A stretch of DNA of 63,852 nt, filler included, from Octopus bimaculoides (taxonomy: Eukaryota): assembly GCF_001194135.2 (NCBI RefSeq). It is 5 parts of 5 records of this genome, joined end to end, with 100 filler letters (N's around TTAATTAATTAA, not from the genome) between each part and the next. Parts side by side here need not be neighbours in the genome. Positions count along the whole stretch, not along the records: positions 31,796 to 39,246 come from NC_068983.1; positions 39,347 to 62,637 come from NC_068996.1; 3 more parts are not named here. One strand, 5' to 3'. A program made the translations under genes and the position numbers. Positions within the stretch are counted from its first letter, which is position 1. The number at the start of each line of letters is the position of its first letter. Of the stretch, positions 35,660 to 48,887 are shown piece by piece. Below the pieces are notes generated by a model that saw only the letters and a list, made by a program, of their open reading frames with translations, did not search any database and was not told the DNA's origin.

Positions 35660-37264
35660 TATCATCATCATCACCACCACCACCACCACCACCATCATCA
35701 TCATCATCNNNNNNNNNNNNNNNNNNNNNNNNNNNNNNNNNNNNNNNNNNNNNNNNNNNNNNNNNNNNNNNNNNNNNNNNNNNNNNNNNNNNNNNNNNNN
35801 NNNNNNNNNNNNNNNNNNNNNNNNNNNNNNNNNNNNNNNNNNNNNNNNNNNNNNNNNNNNNNNNNNNNNCACCACCACCACCACCACCACCACCACCATC
35901 ATCACCACCATCATCATCAGCATCATCATGATTATCACTAACTGCAGCAGCAGCTGCAGTAGCAGTAGAGTCTCATCACTGACGTTGACATCACCATGGT
36001 TGTTGTCACCATTGTCACAGTCATCATCATCATCATCACCACCATCACCATCGTCATCGTCATCATCATCATTGTTGTCACCATCATCGCCATTGCCATC
36101 ATTCTAGTTCTTACCGTCCTCATCACAACCACCACTACACCCTACACCACCACCACCACCACCATCACCACACTCTAACCCCCACCAGCCCATACACCTC
36201 CCCACCACTCCTACTGCCACAATTACCACCATTATTACCAATTACTCTGCCACTACAATTTCCATCATTGTCATTATTGCTCCAGCCACCATTGTAATTA
36301 TCATCCTCTCCTCCTACTCCTACTCCTACTCCTACTTTCTCCTCCCCTTCTTCTTCTTCTTCTTCTTCTTCTTCTTCCTTTCCTCCTCTTCTTTCTCTTC
36401 CTCTTCTTTCTCTTCCTCTTCCTTCTCTTCTTTCTCTTCCTCTTCCTTCTCTTCTTTCTCTTCCTCTTCTTTCTCTTCCTCTTCTTTCTCTTCTTTCTCT
36501 TCCTCTTCTTTCTCTTCCTCTTCTTTCTCTTCCTCTTCTTTCTCTTCCTCTTCTTTCTCTTCCTCTTCTTTCTCTTCCTCTTCTTTCTCTTTNNNNNNNN
36601 NNNNNNNNNNNNNNNNNNNNNNNNNNNNNNNNNNNNNNNNNNNNNNNNNNNNNNNNNNNNNNNNNNNNNNNNNNNNNNNNNNNNNNNNNNNNNNNNNNNN
36701 NNNNNNNNNNNNNNNTTCTTTCTCTTCCTCTTCTTTCTCTTCCTCTTCTTTCTCTTCCCCTTCTTTCTCTTCCTCTTCTTTCTCTTCCTCTTCTTTCTCT
36801 TCCTCTTCTTTCTCTTCCTCTTCTTTCTCTTCCTCTTCTTTCTCTTCCTCTTCTTTCTCTTCCTCTTCTTTCTCTTTCTCTTCTTTCTTTTCCTCTTCCA
36901 CTTCTTTCTCGCCCTCTTCTTTCTCTCCCTCTTCCTCTTCTTCCTTTCCTCTTGTCCCTCCTACTCCTCTTCATCAGTAGCATCATGTGCTCATCATCAT
37001 CATCACCTCTATCACCATCAGCAGTAGCAGCAGTGGCAGCAACACCATCACCATCACGGCTGCCTTTGTCATCATTGTCGTCATCATCATCATCATCACC
37101 ACCACCATTACTGCCAACACCACCAACGTCATCACAACCACCACCACCACTATCATATTGCAACCATCATTATCATCATCATCATCATCACCATCACCAT
37201 CACCACCAACATCATCATCATCACCATCACCATCATCATCATCATCATCATCATCATCACCTTC

Positions 37265-37296
<32 letters not shown>

Positions 37297-37560
37297 TATC
37301 ATCATCACCACCATCATCATCACCACCACCACTACCTCCACCATTACCACCAACACCATGCTTGCCATCATTATCGACCTCCCAACCACCAACACCACTA
37401 CTGCTGCCACCGCCACCGCCACCACTACCACCAGTACCACCACCTCTACGTCACCATTACCATCATCATAATCACCACCATCATCATCATCATCCCCCTC
37501 GCTATCCTCTCAAGCACAAAACCTCCACACCCACACCCACACCACCGTCACCATCACCAT
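35660..37560. repeat. Compound low-complexity block: (CAT/CAC)n, (TTC)n and a 15-bp (TCTTTCTCTTCCTCT)n minisatellite at about 36370-36940
   Basis: Directly visible; explains the poly-His, KEEEE and RERRG ORFs. Confidence 0.93.
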
Positions 37561-38184
37561 CATATGTTCAACGTCTTCTTTTATTTCGCTTCCACTCCTG
37601 CAAATTAGTATGGATGAAGAACAATAATAAAAATAGACACAGACAAAACTACCAAAAGTACAAAAATACCAAAAAACAAAAATAAATAAAAAGAAACTGC
37701 TGCTCTGATGTCAGTAAATTGTGAAATAGTCTAAAATTTCACTTGCAGGATTCAGTTTGAGTGAAAAATTCTGCAGACAAAATTACATGCTGTTCCGTTC
37801 TTTTTTTGTCTTCTTTGGACATCTTATTCTGCAAGTATGTGAAAGTTCTAAAGAAGTTTGTTTATTAAGAGTGCTTGGATTCCTAATCAAGTATTGGTAA
37901 GTTTGGCATTATTGATGCAAGAATGGTAGAGTAGACGTAAATCTCACAGTCATTGGAACAAAGTCTGTGACATAAATTCAGTTTCCCTTGTTGCTGTGCT
38001 TCACTTTAGTTCTCTCATTCTTCATTATCTATGTGATATTTTCAAAGGTATGGCTGTGTGTTTAAAAAATCTCACTTTGCAACTACACCGTTTCAGGTTC
38101 AGTCTCACTGTGTGGCGTCATAGGTGAATATTTTTTATCATAACATCGCCACATACATATATATGTATGTGTGTCATTGTTCAG

Positions 38185-38528
38185 TTTTATTTCGAGTTTA
38201 CTTGCCAATAGAGAAAGAGTTGGTTTCTAACCAAGATCCAAGGCTCCTTCATTGGAATTTCAACATCAACAACAGGGTATTTTTGTATATATATAGGTCT
38301 CTTCTGTTTTTAATTATTATAAATCTTCCACTGAGGAAGGAGCCAGTTTCCAACAAAGATACAAGGCTCCATATTTGGGATGTAGTTAACACAGACAATT
38401 CACATTTGGAACTTGAGAAAAGTCTTGCATATTTTTACTGTTCCACTCACAGACTGTACTTGTAATGTACGAATTAGCCAGTCAATTTCTCTTTCTGAAA
38501 ATCATGTATTTTTGTTTGTATGTACATA

Positions 38529-38587
<59 letters not shown>

Positions 38588-38700
38588 TTATTCAGCTTTA
38601 TTTCAAGATTTCTGACCAATAGAGAAAGAGCCAGGTTTCTAACTTAGATCTAAGTCTCCTTCATTGGAATTTCAACAATATCAACAGGATATTTTTGTAT
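38185..38700 (+). repeat. Dispersed about 100-bp unit repeated locally three times
   Basis: ccaatagagaaagag..ggtttcta..aga..caaggctcc.tcattggaatttcaaca at about 38205, 38335 and 38615; reverse-strand relative near 46270-46320. Confidence 0.7.
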
Positions 38701-39246
38701 GTGTGTACATGTGCAGGGTATTTTTGTATGTATGTATGTATGTATGTATGTATGCATATGTGTATGTATATGTGCAGATTTGTCTGTTTTGTTTTATGCA
38801 TGCATTCTCATGCATATACTTGCATATCTAAACATTCTCATATATATTTAAATGATAAACTTCTGGAAAGTTTTACAGATTTTCACAGTTCCTGTGATGG
38901 ATTGGATCTGTAATCTTCGAATTAGCTTTCTTCTTTCTGGTTTTGAGAAGCTTAATTTCTCAAGAAATGTATGTATGTGTGTATGTACATATGTACGTTT
39001 GTATGTATGTATGTATGCATGTATGTATGCATGTATGTATGTATGTATGCATGCATGTATGTATATGTGTATGTATGTATGTATGTATGTACATATGTAT
39101 GCATGTATTTATGTATGTATGTTTGTGTATATGTATATATAAAAATTGATGAAATAAGAGAAGTGAAGTGAAAAAAACAGATGTTTATTCTATTAGCTGG
39201 TAGATGTTTTGTAATTCTTTCATACATATATATATATATATATATA

Positions 39247-39346
39247 NNNNNNNNNNNNNNNNNNNNNNNNNNNNNNNNNNNNNNNNNNNNTTAATTAATT
39301 AANNNNNNNNNNNNNNNNNNNNNNNNNNNNNNNNNNNNNNNNNNNN
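39247..39346. other. Assembly spacer N44-TTAATTAATTAA-N44
   Basis: Same 100-bp block. Confidence 0.97.
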
Positions 39347-39379
<33 letters not shown>

Positions 39380-40149
39380 TTTGCATATATATTTACACAT
39401 ATGGATGTACAGCGATCACAGAATTAGACACACATGCAAAAAAAAAAAATAGTACATATAACAACAAAAGTAACGTAATTCCCTATGGAATTATCACTTG
39501 TGGAGAAAATAAACTCAATCAGTGTTTGGAATCGGTAAGAATCTGAAGGTTATTTAGCCTATGATTACAATATTTTGAGTGAAAAAACATTGTGTAAGAA
39601 TGCAAATCGCCGCGAATGGATTTTGCGACTGTGTGAATGCGGATTTAGTCTCATCACGGGTCATGAATCACATATTTAGATAAAATTTATATTTAGTAGG
39701 TAAACAGATGAATTATAATTAATAAATTTTATAAAGAAAAAAATGAAAAACAAAAGAGTTATTTTTAGTAAATAATTAGCTTTAGAAAAAGATTAGATAG
39801 TTTGTAGATTATCTGAAATAGGCTTGTGGTAGAGACATAAGACTTGTGAGGAAGTCAGTAGTTATTTGTCATATTTTCGATGTTAAACATGAAAATTATA
39901 TTCCTGGACGCCAAGAGGGTGCGTTAAATCACGATTACAAGTTAGCAACAGAAGTGTTTACCACTGTTGAGGACGTGGAAAAAGATGCTTTATGGACCAT
40001 TTATGGTTTATAATTTTGCTGAATACAGAGATAGATATGGCCAACGAGCAACTAGAGAAGTTAGTGGACTTTTGAACGTATGAGTCGGATCTCCAAATAC
40101 TGTAGCCTATAATGCACAAGGATCTGACATTGGTAGAAATTCCTAGACA

Positions 40150-40570
40150 TTGAACATATGTAAGAGTCTTGCCACAACTTGTTTCTATTGTCATGAATAC
40201 TGGGTAATGACCGGAAGTGTACGATGGCGAATATAAGCAGCCGAAGGATTTCTGGAGTAACATTACTCGACAGGGTGTGTAGCTCAGAAATCAGGGTTCT
40301 CATCAGAGTCGCTACTTTCTCGCATTCAGAAGTCACAACTCTGGTACTATTAACACGTGAAGTAAATGTCGCAGAAAAGAATCCCAAGACGATTTTTTCA
40401 AGCTAAGACCCGAGGGTAGTACAAGAATGAAAGAAATTGTTCGATAATATCCAAGCATCTCAGTTTGTCATGATTGGGAGTCCAACCGGAAATGACGGCT
40501 GCTGCTGAGAAGACTGTTTGAAGGAGGTATCCGAGGACTTTACCACCACGTCTCTCTTGGGCATAGTGGG
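40150..40570 (+). mobile_element. RTE-clade LINE 3' end, degenerate
   Basis: WVMT..RI*AAE..RRISGVTLLDRVCSSEIR..LLSRIQKSQL.YY*HV..RIPRRFFQAK..LS*LGVQPE..LPPRLS. Confidence 0.8.
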
Positions 40571-40649
40571 CGGAGAAGATGGATAGATTGATGGCGGTTT
40601 CTTTGATTAAGCTGTTGTTCTGGATCAAGTGTAAATCAAGTTTGTGCAC

Positions 40650-40880
40650 CTTGACGTATTGGATGAAGCTCGGTATTCATAACCTCTCATGAATTGTTTG
40701 ATGCAGCTCTCTATGAAACCTTCATCCTTTTCTTTATAAAGATAAAAGAGGTGTTTGCATCGACCTCTTTGAGGAGACTGTGGGTATTGATGGGGATTTA
40801 CTGAATTTAGTGATTTCTGGAAGAGTCCAGGTCGTGGATTATAAATAATATCTAAAACTTCTTTGCTTATCAGTGAAACA
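40650..40880 (-). mobile_element. Probable degenerate PLE RT-thumb fragment
   Basis: VLDIIYNP..GLF..INTHS.LLKE..RAA..GY across frames resembles FLD..L..G.Y...YI..S.HP..LK; weak. Confidence 0.4.
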
Positions 40881-40998
40881 ACATTGCCAGTACGGAACAA
40901 ACGCTTCAGGAATAACAGTTGCAAAAGCCAGACCAATCAGTTGAACACACGCACACACATGTATATAATATATATACATATATATTTATGTATGTGTG

Positions 40999-41051
<53 letters not shown>

Positions 41052-41477
41052 CGGAGATGTACTTGCATAGCAAATGACCTGATCTGAGCAAGTGACCTGA
41101 TGTATATATATATATATATGCTAAAACTGACGATTTTCGTCTGCTTCGAATACCGCACGCCCATAAAAAGTATCCCTTGATGAATACGGCAGCAAATTCG
41201 CTTTCTCACCATCTTCGCCTTGTTTTAACATTACGTATGATACACAGATGGATATTGTAATCTAAAATTGCATGTGTCTGTGTGTGTGTGCGCGCGTGCA
41301 CACACACACATGGCTGCAGTCAAATGACTAAAAGAAAAAAAATATATATCTAAGTGTCTATAGAAACACACACGCACATATATATATGAAATATCTTTAT
41401 GCATGTAAATATATATACATACACAAGCGCACACACATATTTAGATAAAGATAAATATTTACAGATATGTGTATACG

Positions 41478-41509
<32 letters not shown>

Positions 41510-41563
41510 GACACACATGCATACATAGATAAATACATACATATATACATACTTACATACATA

Positions 41564-41601
<38 letters not shown>

Positions 41602-41638
41602 GTCTCTACTCTAATTCGGGAATTATGGAAGCTTAACG

Positions 41639-42605
41639 GACAAAGACACGGTACACGGAATATTCCCAGCTAATTTCTCCTCGTTACTCTTTGACAAAAA
41701 TATCATAAAGGTTTCGTATGTATACTGAGACAGAAACGAAGAAGACATTATATAAATACAACAGACAAAGAATTATGCATATATAGCAGTACGAAGCCTT
41801 ACGGCTATGTACAACAGAAAAAAAACAATAATTATACATATATAACAAATACAACAGAAAAAGTTTTGAAGCAATCGAGCGAAATTAGTGGGGTTGCGCA
41901 AAGATGAAATGGAGTAAGTCCTAGAGAAATAAATAGAATAAGAGTAGAGGAGGAAAAAGATAGAGTAAGAGGGAAAGAAGGGGGAAAGAGAGGGAGAGAG
42001 AACGAAAAAGAAGGGGAGATAGAGAGAGAAGAGAAAGGTACAAAGAAGGCAAGCAAGGGCGGAAAGAGAGAGAAGAATGGAAAGAGAGAGATAGAGTAAG
42101 AGTAGAAATAGTGCTAAGAGTCGCACAATTCAGGAAATATACTTTACAATATTACAGGGTGTGTTTTGCGCTACATGAATATATCAAAGGTTGAATAGAA
42201 AATATACAAGGAGAAAATGGAAAACTAGACGAAAACTTAATGGACAGGAATTTTATACAAAGACACGATACACGTATACACGAACTGACGAGGAGTGTTC
42301 CTCGTCAGTCAATGTCGCAAAATATCATAGCGGCTTCGCGCCATTACCGTTGAGACCACTCAATTTTGCAGGAGACTGTGTTATTATCAAGCTACTGGGA
42401 AAATGCTAGCGAATGTCTACTGAAATAGAAACAAGCAAGACATTATATAAATACAACAGACAAAGAATTATGCATATATAACAGTACGAAGCATATATAA
42501 CAGTATATATAACACTATATATAACAGAAGCATATATAGCAACATATATGCATACTGTTTTAACATATAACAGTATGCACATATACAGTACGGCTATATA
42601 CAACA
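41639..42605 (+). repeat. Diverged direct duplication, period about 620-700 bp
   Basis: acaaagacacg.tacacg..tcctcgt..aaaatatcata..tactga..aagacattatataaatacaacagacaaagaattatgcatatata at about 41639-41815 and 42257-42500. Confidence 0.75.
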
Positions 42606-42715
42606 CGCACACACACGCACACATACACACATGTTTGTATATATTTTTGTATGGTTACCCGTTTAATATTAACCTTTTCTTAAACAATCCCCCTGCACAA
42701 TATGCAAACTTAGCT

Positions 42716-42874
42716 CGTCTGTCTTTACGTTCTGAGTTCAAATTCCGCCGAGGTTGACTTTGCTTTCATACTTTCGGGGTCGATAAATTAAGTACCAGTT
42801 GCGTACTGGGGTCGATCTAATCGACTGGTACCCTCCCCCAAAATTTCGGGCCTTGTGCCTAGAATAGAAAAGAG
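42716..42874 (+). mobile_element. 5'-truncated SINE family B with perfect 15-bp TSD
   Basis: tatgcaaacttagct at 42701-42715 and 42875-42889. Confidence 0.95.
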
Positions 42875-43515
42875 TATGCAAACTTAGCTAGTTTCATATT
42901 CGGTAACGTTGTTAGCATGAACATCATTACTGATATAACTCACCCATTTAATATATTAATATTTATCTTTCCTGTTTAACATTGACAGCTCTAAAATAAT
43001 CTTTTAAGCAAAATTATGAATTACTGCCGAGATTTCGAACTTAAAATTAAAAAAAATATCAGATCAGTATTGATCAAGTTATTCGTTCAAGCTTGACAAC
43101 TCCAACCAGCCATATCAATAACTAACCTATATACGATTTATAAGCTATAATATTTAAAATTGTACTTAAAATTAATTATATAAGAATATTATCTACAATA
43201 ATTAAATTACAAAAAGATATTTAAATAAAGTCTATAGTTTCAATTAAATTTAAATTAGATTAATTCAATAAAATATCAGTTAGTGAGTATAATTATTTCC
43301 CCTAAAATATTTAACTTTAACTTTTTCCCTTGAAAATTATTTAGTAACTCTGAGTTTGCTACTTTGCTCCTTGAACTATGATAATGATGTTGATTGCAAG
43401 AAATGACCTTCGAGTTTTTAATATTCAGTTTTTGTTGTTTACTTATAACTTTTAACTATTTATTTTTTGTTTTTTTGTAGCTACTAATGTGTGTGTATAC
43501 ATATATGGGCGTGTT

Positions 43516-43698
<183 letters not shown>

Positions 43699-43755
43699 GT
43701 ATGTACGTGTGCGTGTGTGTATGTGCGTATGTACATATTCCATTATTTATGCTTT

Positions 43756-43950
43756 ACGGCAGTGAGCTGGAAGAATCGCTAGAGCCTCAGTCAAAATGCT
43801 TAGCGGTATTTCTTCCGGCTCTTTAATCTGAGTTCAAATTCCGTGAAGGTTGACTTTGTCTTTTATCATACCGGAGTTGATAAAATAACGTACCAGTCAA
43901 CTACAGGAATAGATGGTGTCATCTAAGCCCTCCTCTAAAACTGCCGGTCT
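43756..43950 (+). mobile_element. SINE family B, diverged
   Basis: ggcagtgagctggaagaatcgctag..gagttcaaattcc..gttgataaaataacgtaccag. Confidence 0.8.
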
Positions 43951-44315
43951 ACATCAACATCATTATTTATTTATGCTCTTAACGCCATTCTCAATTAATC
44001 TTCGAAATAATTTTTTTAATCATAACTACCGCTGTAGAATATCAAGTGTAGCTCGTTCTCATGCTTATTTCATTCAAATTATTGGAATAATCTTGTGGTC
44101 TCGGTTACTTATACACTATGGAAACAAAGTAACAGGCCTTGAGGGTCCTAGGTCTCAAGAAAAAAAAAATTCATTTCTCTAATATTTTAAAATTTATTTA
44201 TGGAAGCTACCATGTAAAATCTTGTCTATTTCCCAATTTCCTATATTTATTTGTACGTACGCACATGCATATGTATGCATACACAAATTACATACAAATA
44301 TTCCTATTATATATA

Positions 44316-45169
44316 CTGGCTGATTGAAACTAACTCCCTATTTTAAAATACTTATAATTTATATATCAATTATAATTTTTTCTCAAATTTGTTGAATATG
44401 TTCTTTACTGTATAGAAATTGACTCAATGTTGTTTTTTTTTCAGATCGATTATTTTCTTTGAAATTTAGAAACCCTAAAACATGGTCTGATCTCTTAAAA
44501 AATATCTTCTGGAGTGATGAAGCGGTGGGTTTGTGAACCGTCACAACTGCCACTAACGGGCAAGAGAAGATCCTCGTATTACCTCTGAAAAAAATGCAGA
44601 ATTGACCCAAGGTAACAGTATGGTGTGGAATGACTTCGGACAGGATTCTTGGTCCTTCCATCCTTTGCAATACCATGAATGCTGAAAGGTACCTCACCAT
44701 ACTGCAAGATGAAATCTGGTCAGTTATCAGTACTTGGGAGAATATAGAAGATTTTATTTTTATGCAAGATGGCGCTCCTTCACATTTTGCTATTGTTGTT
44801 TGTGAATGGCTGAATGTCCACTTCCCTGGGAGATGAGTGGGTCGTCGAGGTCCACATAATTGGCGGTCAGATTTAACACTCTGCGACTTTTTCTTTGGGG
44901 TTGGTTAAAGGGGCAAGTCTACTCTACTAAACCAACGATTTTGGAAAAATTTGAAGGGCGAATACGAGAAGTTACATCTTCCATCTCGCAAGAGGATCAT
45001 CAGTGGATGCGGTTCTCTGGCGGCTTGAGAAGCTGGTGGCAAATGCTGGTGCCTATATCGAATTTTAAAACCATGCTATATGCTTTCTTCACATATTCAT
45101 TTTTTCTAAAAATTATAGTTAATAAATTATAAATATTTTAAAATAGGAGGTTACTTTTCAATCACCTTG
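44316..45169 (+). mobile_element. Internally deleted Tc1/mariner DNA transposon, probably DD41D (rosa/Visitor) type
   Basis: About 45-bp imperfect TIRs, TA on both sides (44314-15, 45170-71); WSDEA..PKVTVWCG..GP..FMQDGAPSH..FPGR*VGRRG..RSDLTLCDFF-LWGWLKGQVY; N-terminal HTH missing. Confidence 0.92.
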
Positions 45170-45180
45170 TATATATATAA

Positions 45181-45660
<480 letters not shown>

Positions 45661-45705
45661 TACATATCTATGCATTAATGTATCCTTTTTATCTATTTGA
45701 CGTGA

Positions 45706-45898
45706 TTCAGTCATTTGACTGTGTCCATGTTGAAGCACCGCCTTAAAGGGATTTTAGTTGAACAAATTGACCCCAAGACTTATTTTTTAAAGTCCTGGTA
45801 TTTATTCTACCGGTCCCTTTTGCCAAACCACTAAGTTACTGGGACGTAAAGAAACCAACAACGGTTGTTAAGTGGTGGTGGGGGACAGAAAAAGACAC
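45706..45898 (-). mobile_element. SINE family A 3' half, tail-to-tail with the previous copy
   Basis: ttcagtcatttgactgtgtccatgttgaagcaccgcc..gacgtaaagaaaccaaca. Confidence 0.85.
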
Positions 45899-46385
45899 AA
45901 CGATATGCACATAGATGGATGGATAGGTAGATCGATACATACATACATAGCCCTTGGTGTTTCAAGATGCAACCGAAAATATAGATTATGTTATATTTCT
46001 GTGGAAGACATCACACATGTAACTAGCAGCAGCCCAAACATGTCATCAAGGTACTATACTCGGATTACAAATTTACATTCATAGCAATAATAACCGGAGC
46101 ATTTGGTTTTGTAAGTAAATGCCTAACCGTCAGTCTAGATAAGCTTGGATTTTCAGAAAAAGAAATCTATCAGTTGACTCGAACATTACAACAACAATCT
46201 GTAAGCGGAACAGTAAAACTATGCAAGACTTTTTTCAAGTTTAAAATGTGACATTGGTTTTGTTAGCTACATTCCCAAGATGGAGCTTGTATCTTTGTTA
46301 GAAACCAGCTCCTTCTGAGGAAGAATTTAAATGATTAAATACAGAAGATACATACATACATACATACATACATACATACATACAT

Positions 46386-46650
46386 GTTGGTGGTGGTTGT
46401 CTACTCCTTACACAGAGTTTGACCACCTCCTGCACCTACACCTTAACCCGTTCATGGCGTCTGATGTGGCTTTTTAAACCAGACAGTGTTTTGAAAAAAC
46501 ACCCACACAGATTGCACCTCTGATTTGTACTACCAATACCTGCAGGTAAGTTCTGCTCATTGTGGATCCTAACATGTCTTTTAAGACCCCCATTGGATTT
46601 GCAAGCCCTCTGGCACACACCACATTCAAACGTGTGCACAGACATATAAT
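46386..46650 (-). mobile_element. LINE 3' end encoding two C2H2 zinc fingers (probably RTE-type C-terminus), between (CATA)n tracts
   Basis: CGVC-x12-HVRIH and CNLC-x12-HIRRH, no TGEKP linker, stop at 46436, about 50-nt UTR, then (TATG)n tail. Confidence 0.7.
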
Positions 46651-46864
46651 CATACATACATACATACACACATACATACATACATTCTCTGACAAGTCAA
46701 CTAATTTCAAAGAATAGTTGTTTTTCGTTCTAGTCTTGTACTTTTTCTGTCTCTATCTGAAGGTATATTCTACCATCATCTTTAATTTGCTTCCTGTCGT
46801 CTTTCTTTATCTCTTTCTGTCACACAGCTATGTATTCTATAATTTATTGACCAGTAGAGGAGAG

Positions 46865-47155
46865 GAGACCCCCTTCGGTCATGACTGACCATGGAATTGC
46901 ACCTAGAAAGTTCCCCTCCGAGCACACAAGTCCAGGCAAAGTTGTTTATGGAAGACCAGCAGTTGCCTATGCATACTAGACTCCCCTCTCCACACCACCG
47001 ATGTTATAGAAGGGAAACGCAAAAAGAGATACAGCTTGACACCAGAGACATCATAATCTACAGATGAATGAAATGGAGCAACGTGAAATAAAGTGCCTTG
47101 CTCAAGAACACAACACACAACCCGGTGCGGGAATCCAACTCACGATCTCATGAAT
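46865..47155 (-). mobile_element. SINE family C variant
   Basis: Homologous to 6505-6837. Confidence 0.85.
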
Positions 47156-48562
47156 GACCAGTATTGAATTGTCAAGTGTTACTCCCCCCCACTCTCACAT
47201 GCACACACAATGTTAGATAGACTCTCCTGAAATCGAATACCCTATGACAAGCCTTGTTTCTCACCGCGCGGGTGTCTAGAAATTATTCTCTTCACCAACA
47301 CAATCTGGTTGGGGTTGTCAGTTTAGGCACTCACAACGCTATGCGGCAGGTTATATATATTTATATGCATATACTTACATGTATCATTACGAGAAATATG
47401 CGCAATGCTTCTATCACCCCTTATTTCTTTCAAATAAAATATTTCTTTGCCAGTTTTTACGTGAGTACAGTACTTTAAATTCCATCATTATGTTCCTTGT
47501 TCTGTTTAGCTTGTTAATTCACTTACGAGTAGCTGAAGATATTATAACAATAATTTATTATTGGAACACCTTGAACGTTGGTGCCTAATACATTATTTCT
47601 AGTATTTAGCTCAGTTATAAGTATTAATCTAAAATGTCTGTAATATTCCTTCCTAAACTTTTCTTTCCTTTAAGTGCGACATACGCTGTCTAGTTCATTA
47701 ATTTTCAAATATATGTAAGTCTGTGTTTCATCTAATTATCTAATCTCTGTTTCTTTATCTGATGTAGTTTTTACTCATGTTTCTCCCTTCTAGTCTTCCA
47801 GGTTATTCAGTGGAATTTTCAAAACAAAAAACTCCCCGCTCCTTCAATCTGTGCATCGTATATATAATAGTTTTTCTAGTTGTTTATCATTTGCAACATA
47901 CAACATGAAACCATTCATATCAAAAATATTTACCTATATTATCAAGCTACCNNNNNNNNNNNNNNNNNNNNNNNNNNNNNNNNNNNNNNNNNNNNNNNNN
48001 NNNNNNNNNNNNNNNNNNNNNNNNNNNNNNNNNNNNNNNNNNNNNNNNNNNNNNNNNNNNNNNNNNNNNNNNNNNNNNNNNNNNNNNNNNNNNNNNNNNN
48101 NNNNNNNNNNNNNNNNNNNNNNNNNNNNNNNNNNNNATATATAAAAGCAAAACATTCAAACACTAAAATTTGAAATAAGATGTCACTACTGCTAATATCA
48201 TCTGTGGATAAAGTTTAAAATTGATGATATCAACAGCAGTAACATAGGTGGATCGCAGGCAAAATAGCATTATGTAGCTAAGAATTATAAAGTTGCACGA
48301 AGCGTAATGATGCTTAAAAAGCATACACCTACTAGAAATAAGAGCTAAAGTCTTAAATTAATCCACCGTACAGCAACAAGATAACAGAGAAAAGCAGTAT
48401 GCGAAGAAAACAGAAAGAATTAATACATTCAACAGCACAAATCTTAGTGCTTGAATGTTTTGCTTATAATTTTTCTGCACCATGTGCTCTGTTTTTGGCG
48501 CATAACAAAACCAGTTGCACTCTCGGAATTTAACGTGACGGTCGTTAATTATTATTATGTAG

Positions 48563-48604
48563 TTCACACTGAAGAGGCTCAAGAACTAAACCCGGGTATG
48601 TGAA
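48563..48604 (+). ncRNA. Minimal type I hammerhead, core-mutated
   Basis: UUCACA-CUGAAGA-GGCUCAAGAAC-UAAAC-CCGG-GUA-UGUGAA; perfect 6-bp helix I, palindromic ACCCGGGU; G12 is U and helix II is damaged. Confidence 0.65.
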
Positions 48605-48825
48605 TGTCCTAAACTGCATAATATTAAGGATAGAATCTATATAAGATTTTATCAAGAAGCTAGCGTGTAAAAGCAATTAAGGTAAAAAATTAATACGAAG
48701 TATATAATTTTGTAAATACAATATTTTATTTAGGATATATAAGTGTGAAAATTTGTACATGCACTGTGGATACGTTGTGCCCGTATGGCATATATAAATG
48801 TTTATATTTATTTATCTCTGGTTAT

Positions 48826-48887
48826 GTCATACTGACGAAAGGAGAGCGTATTACAACGCTGAACCTGAAATCGTTTCGATAGGTGAC
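48826..48887 (+). ncRNA. Type I hammerhead ribozyme, core intact
   Basis: GUCAU-A-CUGACGA-A-AGG..AGCGU-AUUACA-ACGCU..CCU-GAAAUCG-UUU-CGAUA-G-GUGAC; 4-bp helix III, AUA site, A.G mismatch at the base of helix I. Confidence 0.75.

Noticed and set aside
36165-37685. Poly-His, poly-Ser/Pro, KEEEE and RERRG ORFs
   Set aside because: Overlapping frames on both strands of trinucleotide and 15-bp repeats; no splice or domain evidence
40398-40936. Two overlapping minus-strand ORFs as a host pseudogene
   Set aside because: 40398-40570 is the antisense of an RTE 3' end; the rest is better explained as PLE debris
46436-46681. Host C2H2 zinc-finger gene
   Set aside because: No TGEKP linker; ORF start lies in a (TATG)n tract; short UTR plus repeat tail fit a LINE 3' end
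47262-47280. caccgcgcgggtg-tctag as a Helitron 3' end
   Set aside because: Only a 4-bp stem and no other Helitron features
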